DNA of 64,000 nucleotides from Octopus sinensis (taxonomy: Eukaryota), in the NCBI RefSeq assembly GCF_006345805.1, contig NC_042997.1, forward strand, positions 18,538,001 to 18,602,000, given 5' to 3'. Of the stretch, positions 1 to 12,724 are shown one piece after another (the stretch's first letter is position 1; every line of letters starts with the position of its first letter). The position numbers and the translations under genes are program-made. Under the pieces are notes generated by a model. The model saw only the letters and a list, made by a program, of their open reading frames with translations, searched no databases and was not told where the DNA came from.

Positions 1-87
1 TTAGGGTGTGATATTTTTTGTATGGCAACAACACAGTCTCCACTGAACCATTTGAGGGGTGTTGCTAGATTATAAGCTAAGTAGCTG

Positions 88-133
<46 letters not shown>

Positions 134-144
134 CTTCTCTCTCT
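88..144. repeat. (CT)n microsatellite
   Basis: Direct CT dinucleotide run. Confidence 0.95.
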
Positions 145-420
145 CGCACACACATACACACACAGGTACGCACTCACATTTATGCACATATATATGCATG
201 TGTGTAACTGTATCTGCATATATACTTATATAAATATGTATATACATATATACTTATATATGTATGTAAGTATGCAAGCATGCATGTGTGTACGCATGCA
301 TGTTGGAATATATGTATTTGTGTAATATCTATATCATATATCTTTGTGTTGTAATCATATGTAACAGACCATTTTACGTTCACCTTTTTCCGTTTTGCAA
401 CTTTTCTCGTGTCAGACAAA

Positions 421-560
<140 letters not shown>

Positions 561-951
561 ATAAAAACGAAAATTAATGGACTGTAAAGTTCCATGAGAA
601 ATTGCCAGGCTGTAGAAACTGCACAGAGGGACAAGAATTATTCCTCAAGGCAATAATTTGGTTTAATAATCCTTCACATTCCACTGCTCATTGGTCAATA
701 TAGAACGTCTCATTTACCACAGATTTTCGCCAACCTTTTCAATGCACAGATGTCACAGCTTAAGGTGGAAAAGAGATGAATATAAAAAAACATTCAAAAT
801 TAGGAAGAGAGAGAAAATAATACAGAAGAGAGAATTACAAAAAAAAGGAGAGATTGTTTTTTTATTTTCTAAATTCTCCAATTTCCTTCACATTCTATAA
901 GATCTTTACTCACATCCCTGACATAAACGTAATATAAAAAAGCATATTTTA

Positions 952-955
<4 letters not shown>

Positions 956-1034
<79 letters not shown>

Positions 1035-1602
1035 GTATATAAATGTGTGAGTGTGTGTGTGTGTATAATTTAAATGTCTGTAAAAGTGTATGGCAGCTAA
1101 GTAATATTAACGAACACATAAAAGTATAGATATATCTGCTATCTTTGATATTGAGCACATGTATATGCACATATGCACACACAACCTTTATATACTCATT
1201 TGACATGCCCATAAAATATCTGTATGTCTATATAAGTATGTGTATGTGTAAATGTGCGTACATTATATAGATATATATGTGTGTGTGTATATATATACAT
1301 ACACACATACATGCGTACATCATACACATATATACGCATGTATTTATATGCATACGTGCATACAGACATGCACACGTGCATGCATACATACATACATACA
1401 TACATACATACATACATACATAGATACATACATGCATACATACACACTTACATACATATATATATGTATATATATACATATACATATATATATATACATA
1501 TACATATATACATATATATATACATATACATATATATATACACATATACATATATATATATACATATACATATATACATATACATATATATATATTATAT
1601 AC

Positions 1603-1647
<45 letters not shown>

Positions 1648-1652
1648 CATAC

Positions 1653-1687
<35 letters not shown>

Positions 1688-1700
1688 TACATAAATATAT
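956..1700. repeat. Compound (AT)n/(ATAC)n/(GT)n microsatellite field
   Basis: AT and ATAC repeats; source of the YI-repeat ORFs. Confidence 0.9.
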
Positions 1701-1739
1701 GTGTGCGTGTTACGTATAAATATATTTGTTTTTTTCTTT

Positions 1740-3640
1740 CAAAATTAATGGCACCTTTAGTTTTGAATTCGAAGACAAGACTGTCTTACGATTTGATATA
1801 TCTTGACGAACTTTACTATCTGTTGCAGTTAAGTATATTAAAATTTCTCGACAAATTTTTCCCTATGGAGGAATTCAATGCTCAGCTTGGTACAGCCTAC
1901 CTAATATCGTATTATATATTCTCACAGTTGGTAAAAATGGGCTCAAATGGACTACAACTCTTCTTCTCACTCAGCAAGAAATGATTTTAACCACCACCTA
2001 CCCACTTTTGCAACATGTCAAACACCATAAAACATCAAGGGTGCATTCCCAGGTGCAAGAGCTGGCTTGTGAACGATTATATCATGAAAAGAAAATGAAT
2101 TGTGAAGGAATATCGCATCAAATATTCACTTCATTACCACCTGTTATCGTTCAGTTCATGCACTACTACATAGCAAAGCTTCTCTTTGCCTGAAAAACGC
2201 CTGGTAAACTTTAATTATCTTTTAAAGAATCAACGTCCTGCCCCTGAAATCCAGCGATAAGAAGAAAGCTATCCGGGGAGACATGAATGCGTTCTTAATT
2301 CAGTCATATGTTAGCTTTGAAGCTCCTTAGAAATCCTTTTGAGATATCATCTACTCTGCCTCCTTTGAAATCATTGGATTCCCAGTTAGGAAACATCAAC
2401 ATTGAGTCGATAATAAAGGTACGAAAACTCAACTTCTCATGAGAAAATGTACAATTCACATGAAGTGTAAATTAACAATTTTTGAACTCTTCCTTCAAAA
2501 AGAAACCATACAAAAAATGCAAAAGCGAGGTCAGATTACTAGTATGAGAATGGAGCAATCGTAGTAGCTGGTTAAACATGTCAAGGCCTTCCACAAGGTT
2601 TTGAAACAGTGTATGTCCAATGGAAGATGGCATCCGTCTCATACTCCCTTTTGATATTCTCACTGATAAGAAATGTATTCTATCATATTGGATTGTACAA
2701 TTTGAAGCTGTTCTTAATAACAACTCTATAATCAATGACAACATAATTATCTCTGTCCCTTAAAAACCAGAAATACTTTAGATGTCCTGTAGAGTTTGCT
2801 TCAAAGAAATCCCGGACACTTTTAAACAACTCTTTTTGAGCAAGATTCCTAGAAAAGGTGGCATACTTCCTTAAATTTACAATTTCGGGGATAAGAGGCG
2901 GGGGCAAAAACTCTTTGTGGTATTCAGATTTCCTTGAGAAGGTTGATCAGCTTCTCTGGAACTACAGGGACGCCTACAAAAAACATTTCTTTAAAAAAGG
3001 CTGGTAGAAATGTTGTCCGCAACATCCCACGTAACATATTTCCCCTTCTATTGTTGGCAAGATCTTCGCTCGCATCGTTTTGAACAAAATAATCACTTAT
3101 CTCATAAATGCCATTTACTCCGAATCACAAAATGGTTCTTTGAATAGGTCGTGGGGCAACTGATATGATTTCTACTCTTCATCGGGTAACTGAAAAACAT
3201 TCTGCAAAAAAATCAAGAACATTATATGGCCTTCGTCGATCTAATTCAGCCTTTGACAAGCTAAACAAAAACACCTTGTGATGGTCCGAAAAATCTTGGA
3301 AAACCTAACAACATGCAGGATGTCATCCTATATCATAACAGAATGAAACATCTGCTATTCACCATAGCAAGTTTTCAGATTCCTTCGATGTTACTAACTA
3401 TACAAGACTTATCAAGGCACTCGTTATCTTTGCTCTTTTTTCTTGATAATTCTCCAGCATACTTATGATACTATCGTGAAATGTATCAAATTAACAAGTG
3501 GTGGTCTTAGCAATCACCAGCCTTTTGAAGCTAAAACTTTGACCCAAACCAGTATAGCTTGTAATCTCTTTGCTGATTACGTCGAACACGTCGCAACATT
3601 AATTAAATGTTTTCCAAAATTCAGCAATCATTTTTTGCTC
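1740..3640 (+). mobile_element. Degenerate RTE-clade LINE (APE endonuclease to N-terminal RT)
   Basis: Frameshifted motifs in the expected order: EEFNAQLG (cf. GDFNARVG), GSNGLQL, ILTTTYPLL..HHKTSRVH (cf. LIITNT..KTSWMHP), RKHQ (cf. RKHQDWFD), ILTDKKCILSYWIVQFEAVLN (cf. LTDK..IL.RW.EHF..VLN), SIVGKIFARIVLNKII..SESQNG, YMAFVDL. Confidence 0.85.
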
Positions 3641-3659
3641 TAAAACAAAGCCTTGAGTA

Positions 3660-5155
3660 CAGTGGTTCCCTTCGTTTTTACACTCGCAATCCCTTACCCA
3701 AAATCTTTTAACCCACGTGAACGCTTGCTATCAGCAGCTTGATTTACATTTTATTTTTTGTGAAGGAAAGGCAAAGATACACCTAACAAAAATTTATTCA
3801 AGAATCCTGTAATTATTTATTAGCAAAAAAATCACAACGTTGATCCCACCTTAATTCAGAAAAAGAACAAAATTATTCTTACAATATCAACATAGGTTTC
3901 AACAGCTATCCAGTCCAGCTAGTAGGATGCCTGATGTTACATTTGAGCAGCAAGCATTAAAATTCGTGGCCGAGCGTTTGTTAGAGCCAGTCTCATGTCA
4001 TCTCCAGCATCCAATCTGTTCCTATTCTTTGTTTTTATATTGATATGAGTTGAAACTCCTGCTTCACACAAGTAGGTACAGGCAAATGGAACAAGTGCAC
4101 GTAAGGCTACCATGCTGACTTTGGATATTATTGGTACCTAGTACACCAGAAGTGAGTAACCGATTTCACCTTGAAGAGATCACCAACTGGAGAGTCGTTC
4201 CTTAGATCAAGAAATTCATCTTGGATCTTATCTGGGATGCTGGATACATCAAGTGCAGTTCAAAATGGGTTCCTTACCAGGGCTTCCTGTTTCTCCGTTA
4301 GCTCAGGGAAGTATCGCTCGAATTTCTCTTCTAGAGACTGAAGATATTCAGTAATCTCATCCTTGAGATACTGAGACTCATCCATCACTCCACAGAGTTG
4401 TTCGAACATAGCGATGTTTCCAAGATTGTTTTTTTTTTCGACGCCAGGCCTGCAGTTTGGAAACAAAGGCCCAGAGACTATCTTGAAAAAGGAGAATATA
4501 TGTTTCCCTTCTTTGAAGCTTCAAATTTAGCTTGTTCAGCAGGTCGAAAATGTCTACAAGGTACGCAACTCTTTTATTCCATGCTTCATCTTCGAAGTGA
4601 ACTAGAAGATCTTTCTCTTCTTGAACCTCCAAGAATAGGTTTATTTCATCTTTCATCTTGAAGGCACGATTAACAACGTTCCCTTTCGATAACCAATGTA
4701 CTGCAAGTGTAGAAAAGAAGGACTTCGTGGTCAGCATTCATATTATTGCACAGTTCCTTGAATAGCCGAGTGTTGAGTGCTGCAGTCTTCACATAATTTA
4801 CAAATTTGGTTGCAGAATCAAGCAGTTCCGGTAGAGAGGCAGGGAGAGTCTTACTGGCGAGAGAATATCGGTGGATCACCTTGGCTTGAGGTGCTAGCTT
4901 CTTCACTCTCGACAGAAATCCTGACTTCGATCCCAGCATAGCCGGTGTTCCATCCGTACAAACAACCCACACGTTTTCCCATTGAAGGCTTTCTTCATGG
5001 AAAAGAATTGAAAACTTTTTCCATGACATCATCAGATTTTGTAGTGGTTTCAAGTGCACTTCGGAACAAGAAAGTCTTTAATGTCACCTGAATGAATGTA
5101 TATCACGAAGACAAGCAACTGAGAACATGAACTTACATATGTTGACTCGTCGAGC
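3660..5155 (-). mobile_element. hAT DNA transposon remnant, Buster/Charlie-like (ZBED5/SCAND3/FAM200-type transposase), 5'-truncated
   Basis: Minus-strand ORFs 4670-5059, 4378-4737 and 4260-4466 contain QLDEST, VCTDGTPAMLGSKSGF, WLSKGNV, AYLVDIF, NPF and the C-terminal TYLCEAGVS..IKTKNRNRL. A Charlie-type terminus CAGTGGTTCCC lies at 3660. Confidence 0.92.
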
Positions 5156-5159
5156 TAAA

Positions 5160-5805
5160 AGGAGAACAACGGAAAACCCTTGATTTCGGCCAGTACTTGT
5201 GAAAGTCTTGCAAAGAAAGAGTACAAGAGCAGGCACCACAAGGTAGCGCAAAACCTTCACTGGCTACTATGCCGTAAGTATGGATACTAACGGGTGCTTG
5301 GTACCAACATACATCAGAAAAGGTAATGGACGAAAAGGAGAAGGCAAAGATCCTCTGGTACCTTGACTTCCAGACAGACAAGGTGTAAGAGCACAGAAGA
5401 GCGGACATAACAACCTTTATGAGGGACAAACAACAGTGCGTAATAATCGATGTAGCAGTGCCTGATCAACATATTATCATGAAAGAAAGAGAAAAGATCG
5501 ATAAATATAGAGACCTGAGAATTGAGATCGTCATGATGTGACAGTTACGAAAGTCAAATATATAGATTGTCCCTATTTTCATCGGAGCTTTGGGTTCAAT
5601 GCCACCCAACCTGAAGAAACATCTGGAAACTTTAGAAATACCTAACAATCTAGGTGTATTGCAAAAATCGGCATTACTTCGAACACCACGCATATTGTGT
5701 AAAGTACTCTCTCTGAAGTCCTTGTTGTGACCTGTCAGACAGTACAAACCTCCCGGTAGATATCTTCAATCAACATCACGATATTGGATACTGTGCGACG
5801 TCTTA
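5160..5805 (+). mobile_element. R4/Dong-type non-LTR retrotransposon 3' fragment (copy 1; restriction-like endonuclease)
   Basis: Translates as LAKKEYKSRHHKVAQNLHW...KILWYLDFQTDKV*EHRRADI...IIDVAVPD...KEREKIDKYRDLRIEI...IVPIFIGALGS...LQKSALL; followed by an (AAC)/(AAT)n tail at 5806-5853. Confidence 0.88.
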
Positions 5806-5879
5806 AATAACAACAACAGCAACAACAATAATAATTATAATTATTATTATTATATGTGTGGTTTTTGCTTTGTATTTAT

Positions 5880-7130
5880 ACAAGTTAACACCAAGTCTCA
5901 CCCAGAGACCTCAAGAGACAATACGTTAGATGTCTGAGTTGGTGTTATGACTAGGGTGCCATATTTTGATTTTGCTTAGAGTATTGTTCTAGATAATGCC
6001 TATCAAAACAAGTTAACTTTAAAACTAATTTAACAAGATGATAATGTGACCTTTAGATGGCAGTAAAAGGTGTTTGGTATTATGTACATTTAAAAGTACT
6101 TTTGATAATGCTTACAGATTAAAATGATATTGGATTCGCATAGACAATATTTTCTTAGGCTATGAGCAGTTTCTATGAGCACTATTGTTTGAATTTCTTT
6201 GATTTTGGGATTTTCTGGTGTCTGAGATAGATAACAATCAGTCACTTTTGCTATCATTCCTACGGTACCTATGACAACAGACATTGTTCTAGTCCTGAGG
6301 TTCCACATTTTGCCAGTTTATGTTTCAAGAGCTTTATATTTGCTCAGTTTCTGATAAGTCTTGACAGATGTTACTCATGGTGCGCACGGATGTTTTATAT
6401 TCGGAATCAATGACCTTCATATCGGGTCACAACCAGTTTCCTTAGATATCGAGGACCTTACAATTTTTGCTGCTCTCAGCAGAGTATATTTCTGAATTAA
6501 TGCAACTCTGGTAGTTACACCAATCTTAATAAGGGAACTGTTAAGTCTGTTTATAATGGTACTAGACACCCATAACAACAGAGACTACTTTTGTAGAAAC
6601 CTTCCTCAATCTTCATATTTCCCAGGGTAAATCCTGGTATTTCTCTATTTTCTCCTGTTCTTTGACTACTACTGTCAAGTCGGCAGATATAGCCATATCT
6701 ATGATTATGCACTGTTTTTTTCTCTTGCTCAGTATATAGTATTTGGTTGCTTGGCATGAATTTCTCGATCAGTTGTACATTAAAATCCCATAAAACATTA
6801 TACTGGTCGTTCTTTATTACATTTTCAAGTTGATTTTCGTACCATATTCTTCCTATTTTAAATCGTCTTTGCCGTAATATGTCCCAGTGTAATGCTTTGG
6901 CACACAGTTGTCGTGTCTGCGTCTATATTCCTTTTATGCCAAAGAACTATGCGCTTTTCCCGGAGTTGTCTATTTTGGCTTTAACGATATCCGCTTGCAA
7001 TGATTGGCTTTGAACAACCATTATGAGACCTTCAGTTTCTTTCTTAAGGTCTTCATTCTTCAGTCATAACGAAGACTCTTCTGATGCATGTCCTACGTTT
7101 CTCTGTATTAATACTATTATTAGTCTTTCG
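5880..7130 (-). mobile_element. R4/Dong-type 3' fragment (copy 2)
   Basis: LKNEDLKKETEGLIMVVQSQSLQ at about 7050; ORF 6090-6308 reads VVIGTVGMI...IKEIQTIVLIETAHSLRK. Confidence 0.8.
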
Positions 7131-7134
7131 TAAC

Positions 7135-8045
7135 ACAATGTAGGTAAAAATGCACCGGAGTCTTCAGTTATCTGTCAAGTCACAACAAGGGCCTCAGATA
7201 ATATTTTCCTTAAGATGTGCGTTGTGCCCAATCAGGCTGTTTTTTGCAAAACATCAATCTTGCATGGGATTTCCAGTTGCCTTAAGAAGTGTTTACGTTT
7301 TAATGGGATTGAGCCCAACGCTCCGATCCCCACTGGTATAACTTTTACATTACCTTCTCGCATTCCATAGTCTTGCCATTTCCTCTTTCAATTCGGAGCA
7401 CTTGGTAATTTTTTTCAACCTCTTTATTCACAACATTCATGTCATTTGGTATGGCTACATTAATGAGCTGACAACATTTGTCTTTCTTATTCAATATGAC
7501 AATATCCGGCCGACGGTGTTCGATTACACGATCCGTCTGAAAAATCATAGTCCTAGAATATCGTTACTTTTCCATCCTCCGGCATAACTTTACTTGGTAC
7601 ATGCTCATATCAGTTCTCTGTTACTTGATATCGGTATTTATGACATAAGAGCCAATGAAGATACACACACTTTATCGTGGCGGCGCTTGTATTCTTTTTG
7701 TTCAAGGCTCTCACACCCACTTACCAAGTAGGTCACATTTTCCACACTCTTTCCACAGAGTTTGCATTTCTGGGTATCGGAAGTTTTATAGATGTTATAC
7801 TTCACTGAATTGGTAGCAAGAGCCTGGTCTTGTGCAGCAATGATCAGGCTTTCGGCGGTACGCTTTAAATCACCTCGCTCAAGCCATGCCCACGATGCTG
7901 TATTATCCTTAACGTCCTGTCATTCCTTTCAAACTGTCCATGCATTCTCATTTGAAGGTCTTCTTTCCACTTTTCCTCAGCTCGTTGGTTAAACTCTTTC
8001 TTACTCATCGTTCATCTGCATTTACACCCATATCTTCCGCGGCAT
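7135..8045 (-). mobile_element. R4/Dong-type 3' fragment (copy 3)
   Basis: WLERGDLKRTAESLIIAAQDQAL, CKLCGKSVENVTYLVSGCESLEQKEYKRRHD, FQTDRVIEHRRPDIVI, VIPVGIGALGSIP; its 3' UTR start resembles that of copy 1. Confidence 0.9.
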
Positions 8046-8071
8046 ATTGCAGCAGATCTTCATCATCATCA

Positions 8072-8128
<57 letters not shown>

Positions 8129-8129
8129 C

Positions 8130-8163
<34 letters not shown>
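8045..8163. repeat. (TCA)/(TAC)n/(CAC)n trinucleotide tract
   Basis: Direct repeats; form the 3' tail of copy 4 on the minus strand. Confidence 0.9.
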
Positions 8164-8169
8164 TTTCTC

Positions 8170-9320
8170 AGAGTTGTAAGACTTGCTACTTAAGGTGTCA
8201 AGTTTCATGGAAGATACTCAACACCCAAGCGACAATCTCAAAATCCTAGCTGTCCTTAGTAGAGCAATGTTTGGTGCCTACTCTGTTCTCATGTCAATCC
8301 CAATTTCACCGAGACATTTCTCTAACTTCGTCGTTAGTGCTTCGAATGCATCTACAACTAATAGGATAACAGTTACTCTCTTCATTGCCCACATTCTGGT
8401 AATTTCTTTTCTACTTCAGGCAAAAAGCTCGAAAATTTTGGAGAGAGGGTCCAGTTGATTAGATCGACTCCAGTACGCAACTGGTACTTAATTTATCGAC
8501 CCCGAAAGGATGAAAGGCAAAGTCGACCTCGGCGGAATTTGAACTCAGAACGTAAAGACAGACGAAATACCGCTAAATAATTCACCCGGTGTTTATTTCT
8601 TTACTGCCCACAAGGGGCTACACAGAGAGGGGACAAATAAGGACAGACAAACGGATTAAGTCGATTATATTGACCCCAGTGCGTAACTGGTACTTATTTA
8701 ATCGACCCCGAAAGGATGAAAGGCAAAGTTGATCTCGGCGGAATTTGAATTCAGAACGTAGCAGCAGACGAAATACAGCTAAGCATTTCGCCTGGCGCGC
8801 CAACGTTTCTGCTAGCTCGCCTCCTTCATTCTGGTAATTTCGTCTTTCAGTAACTTGTTTTTTGCCACCTTTTCTATCCCTTTGTCACCTGCGCGTGCAT
8901 CCCCAAGTATAGCAATATCTACAATCTTGGTTTATTCTTTTCAATCTACTACAACAATGCCTGGTCTTCCAGCATCTTTTAGAGAGTCATACAGGATCGT
9001 GAAATCCCGCAAGATCTTTTATTCATTATTCCCAGTGACGCCTTCTGATTCATGTTCGTACCACTTTCGTGTTCTTCCTAGACCATACTTTTCACACAGT
9101 CTTCAGTGAACAAACTTAGCCACGTAATCGTGCCTCCTTTTGAGCTAGTTTGTTTGCCATCACTCACAACATGTGAGATTGTTTCGTTTTTGCTGCCACA
9201 CATCCTACAAATGGGCAATTCACATCTCTTATCTATTTGGAACTTGGCGTAATTAGTTACCAGAGCTTGTTCCTGGGCCTCAGTGTATCCCTTCAGATTA
9301 CTTTTTCTAAGCCTATTATT
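8170..9320 (-). mobile_element. R4/Dong-type 3' fragment (copy 4), interrupted by a SINE
   Basis: LRKSNLKGYTEAQEQAL..CRMCGSKNETISHVVS (ORF 9078-9335); IVDIAILGD; C-terminal IALLRTARILRLSLGC. Confidence 0.85.
8407..8826 (-). mobile_element. Composite (dimeric) SINE of family A (GGCGAGCTGGCAGAA head) with 15-bp TSD
   Basis: CATTCTGGTAATTTC at 8392-8406 and 8827-8841; two copies of the TTCTGAGTTCAAATTCCGCCGAGGTC core. Confidence 0.9.
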
Positions 9321-9324
9321 ATCA

Positions 9325-9467
9325 TCTGAGTTCAAATTCCGCCGAGGTCAACTTTGCCTGTTATCCTTTCGGGGTCGTTAAATTATGTACCAATGGAGTA
9401 CTGGGGTCGATATAACCGACTTAACTCCTCCTCCAAAATTCCAAACCTTGTGCCTATCGTAGAAACG

Positions 9468-9505
<38 letters not shown>
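9325..9505 (+). mobile_element. Family A SINE, 5'-truncated, with (ATT)n tail
   Basis: Shares core and 3' end with other family A copies. Confidence 0.8.
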
Positions 9506-9567
9506 GCTGGAGGAAAAATACTTTTGTCTGATGGAATGTTGAAATTTTATTGAAGTAGGTCAATGTG

Positions 9568-9591
9568 TACTACTACTACTACTACTACTAC

Positions 9592-9636
<45 letters not shown>

Positions 9637-9650
9637 TAATAATAATAATA
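9568..9650. repeat. (TAC)n(AAT)n microsatellite
   Basis: Direct repeats. Confidence 0.95.
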
Positions 9651-9815
9651 ATCTATGTATATACGTATGTGTGCACCGATGCTGTGAGGAGGTAAAATTC
9701 TTGCTTAATTTTGAGAGAACACTATTCAGTTTTTTGACATGTGTATTTGAAAATGTGCATGACGATTTTGAAATTTCTTATAACGATTATTTGGGAAAAG
9801 ATTATAAAAAAAAAC

Positions 9816-10579
9816 AGAACCAATGAATATTATGGTTCTTTGTATTCGTATCTGAGAAGATCATATTTGGATATATTGTAAGGAATATGGATTACTGAAT
9901 AATTCAAAGGCGATTAATGTATTAGGGTTTTTCAAATAACAATGTAACGAATAATATAAAATATGAGTGAGTGTAGAAGAAAAAAATTTTAAATGATCAA
10001 TGAGATAAAACGTTAAGGACATTCGTTATCCTTGTTAGATGTCACCCCATTTTGTATTCGATATTGAATAGTATATATGATTATATAGAATCAAAATAAA
10101 ATTATTGCTTTACAAACGCACGTATTTTCTCTCGTGGCTGCTGTTATTTTCAGAGAGATAATCATTTCTTCGTAATATTTGGCAGGGTAAGATATTTGAA
10201 TTTGATATTAAAAAATTATATTTAAAAAGAAAAAAAAATCATAGGATTCATTTATTTAATTTTTTGTTTACTCATTACAATGTTCTTAAAATTTCTTGTT
10301 GGTAGTAATCGTATATGGTACTATTTTATTCTTTTTAGAAATCATCAGCATGATATAACTGGTGACGTATTAATTGAACGTGTCATGAAGTAAGACATTT
10401 CATTAAAAATGGAATTAATTACAATCTGGTGGATAGTCACGGAATATGAGCATGTTTTTTTTTTTCTTTTTCTTCATAGAGTGTTAGTAGAGTTTAGCAA
10501 TCGAGAGAATAGAAATTTCTTATTGGTTACATACAGAATAACTATTCCCGAGGAATTTTGCCTTATGAAAGAGTTTTAA
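9816..10579 (+). other. Candidate spliced gene segment of unknown identity (exons about 9816-9877, 10154-10186, 10339-10389, 10480 onward)
   Basis: Pyrimidine-rich AG acceptors and GTAAG donors; all junctions join in phase 2: NEYYGSLYSYLRRSYLDIL-[EIIISS*YLAG]-NHQHDITGDVLIERVMK-VLVEFSNRENRNFLL. No homologue recognised. Confidence 0.45.
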
Positions 10580-12724
10580 AGTAGTCAAAGACTTCAGTTT
10601 TAACCTCAGAAATTTCACAAGCCATTTTCGATGCAATCTTTGATTTATAAGTATTGGTTTCAAGCTGATATTTCATATTATTATCCCTTCGTTATGTAGG
10701 GGAACAAGAATCTATTCGTAAACATAACGCCTTGACGGTCATCTACATTTTAAACAAATTTTTCTGAGATCACAGCTAGAGTTTTTTCAAACACATGATT
10801 TTCCCCTAGTGGTCGCAGTTTTTATAAGAAAGGTTACATTTTTTGTACATTCACGTGGAAAGTAGTTCAGAACGTGTGTTATGTAAAGGGATATTCCTAT
10901 CAAAATTTTATAAACTTCCTAAGCACAAAATATGTTTGATTTGATGAAGTTATTATATTGTTTTGCAACGTACATTAATTTCCATTTTATTTCAAAGTTT
11001 GTATCATTTTTTGTAAGACTCCGGATAAACTTTGATAAACTAAGTAGTCCTCACAAAACAAATCAATAATTTTGCAGTTTGATTTTTCGTTCTTTCTCTC
11101 GGTGCCCGCATGCATCCCATTTCAAAACTAAATAAATTGTTTAGTAATGTTTGGTAGTCCTGCAGATATATGTGTCTAAAGATCGCTTTATTTATTTAAG
11201 AAAGATTTTATTTTTATATGCATTAACTTTAAAATTCTACCTGTGTACAATGTGTTTTCATTAGTACAACATTTTTTTATCCATGAAATTAAGGATTTTT
11301 GACCATTTCTTCACTCAGCCTGATCATTATATTGATCAAATGAGCAGCACGTAAATAATAATCCCTAAAGGGGTTGAACGCAAGTTGGTCGGTAAAATAA
11401 TCGTTGTTTGTTTTAGTATTTAAAAAAAGTACGAAGCGTGTTATCTGCAAAAGTATGCACTTTTTATTACTATTATATTTGTATTCTCTACAAAAATTCT
11501 AAAACAGCATTCCTTAAAAATTACTATAAGTTAAAGTTATTGGCAATTTAGATACGTCTATCTGCGGGACTAATAATGAAACCAAAGTATTTAAGTTAAA
11601 ATATAAATAACAATTATTTTCAACTAAATCAGGAATAATGCTCTTATGTCAACCATTATCGAACAATTAAATCAGAAATAGCATTCATGATTCAGTGAGG
11701 AAAATACGGAGAAATTCTTCATTTAATGAACGAGGAAAGAAATTAGTCAGGAATGCAGATTTAGGTAGATTTTAGGATAACAGATAAAAAATAAGAAAAG
11801 AACTTTATTAATTTTAAATGAAAATAAAAGAGATAGATGGAAAAATAGGAAGAGAAAACAGTTTAGGAGCAATAGGTGAGAGGGATATACTAAGTCATTT
11901 ATGCAAATGTTCACAGTGAGTAGATATATTGATCTGTCTATATGAGAAGTCTGGGAAATGAAGAGAGAAGGTAATTTAGAAACGTACCCAGAGAATTAAA
12001 TACTCTGCTGCAATTTTTACGTTAATGAATACAGAAAAGAATCAGGGAAAATTTCTCAAGTAAATGTATAATAAAGTTCTAGTGTAAATAATTATTAAAC
12101 AATTAATCAAGAGAAATTTTCTTAGGTTAACATATAATTATGAGGAAAGAACTGTAATCAGGATTTACAGTTTTTAAATACTTTCTGATGTTATTTTCTT
12201 ATTCTAAAGAATGAGGTATGGTAAAAAGCATTTGTTAATAATGATAATGAGGTTAATATAGAAGAACAATCAGTTAAAAATTAAATTAATGAGCAATCAC
12301 GTTCTTAAATTAATAGTTATTAAGAAATTAAATATTGTCTAATGTTACAGGAGTAAGGCATGTTAAAATTCTTTGTTAAAAATATAAAGAAGTTAATGAA
12401 TGAAGAACAATCAGGAAAAAGCTCTTAAGTTAATAAGTAGAACTTTCTTTACTTGATAATTAAGCAATTAATTCAAAGAAATATTCATCTATAATAAACA
12501 GGCATTGTAATCATAATAAAGGGCCCAAGGATAGATGAATATGGGTAAATTATCCATAGGAAGGTAGAATTCTCAAAGAAATATACACAGAGATTTAAAT
12601 TCTGGGTTGTATTATGGGTATATTTTTATAAGGTTGTTGAATAAAGAACATACAGGAAAAGTTAATATCTAAAGAATGTTCTTAACCTGGCCATTCCTAC
12701 ATGATGACATGGAAGAAAATATTT

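Noticed and set aside
1-6. TTAGGG telomere-like hexamer
   Set aside because: Single occurrence with no array.
575-900. Unique-looking sequence between microsatellites
   Set aside because: Stops in the frames tried and no recognisable motif.
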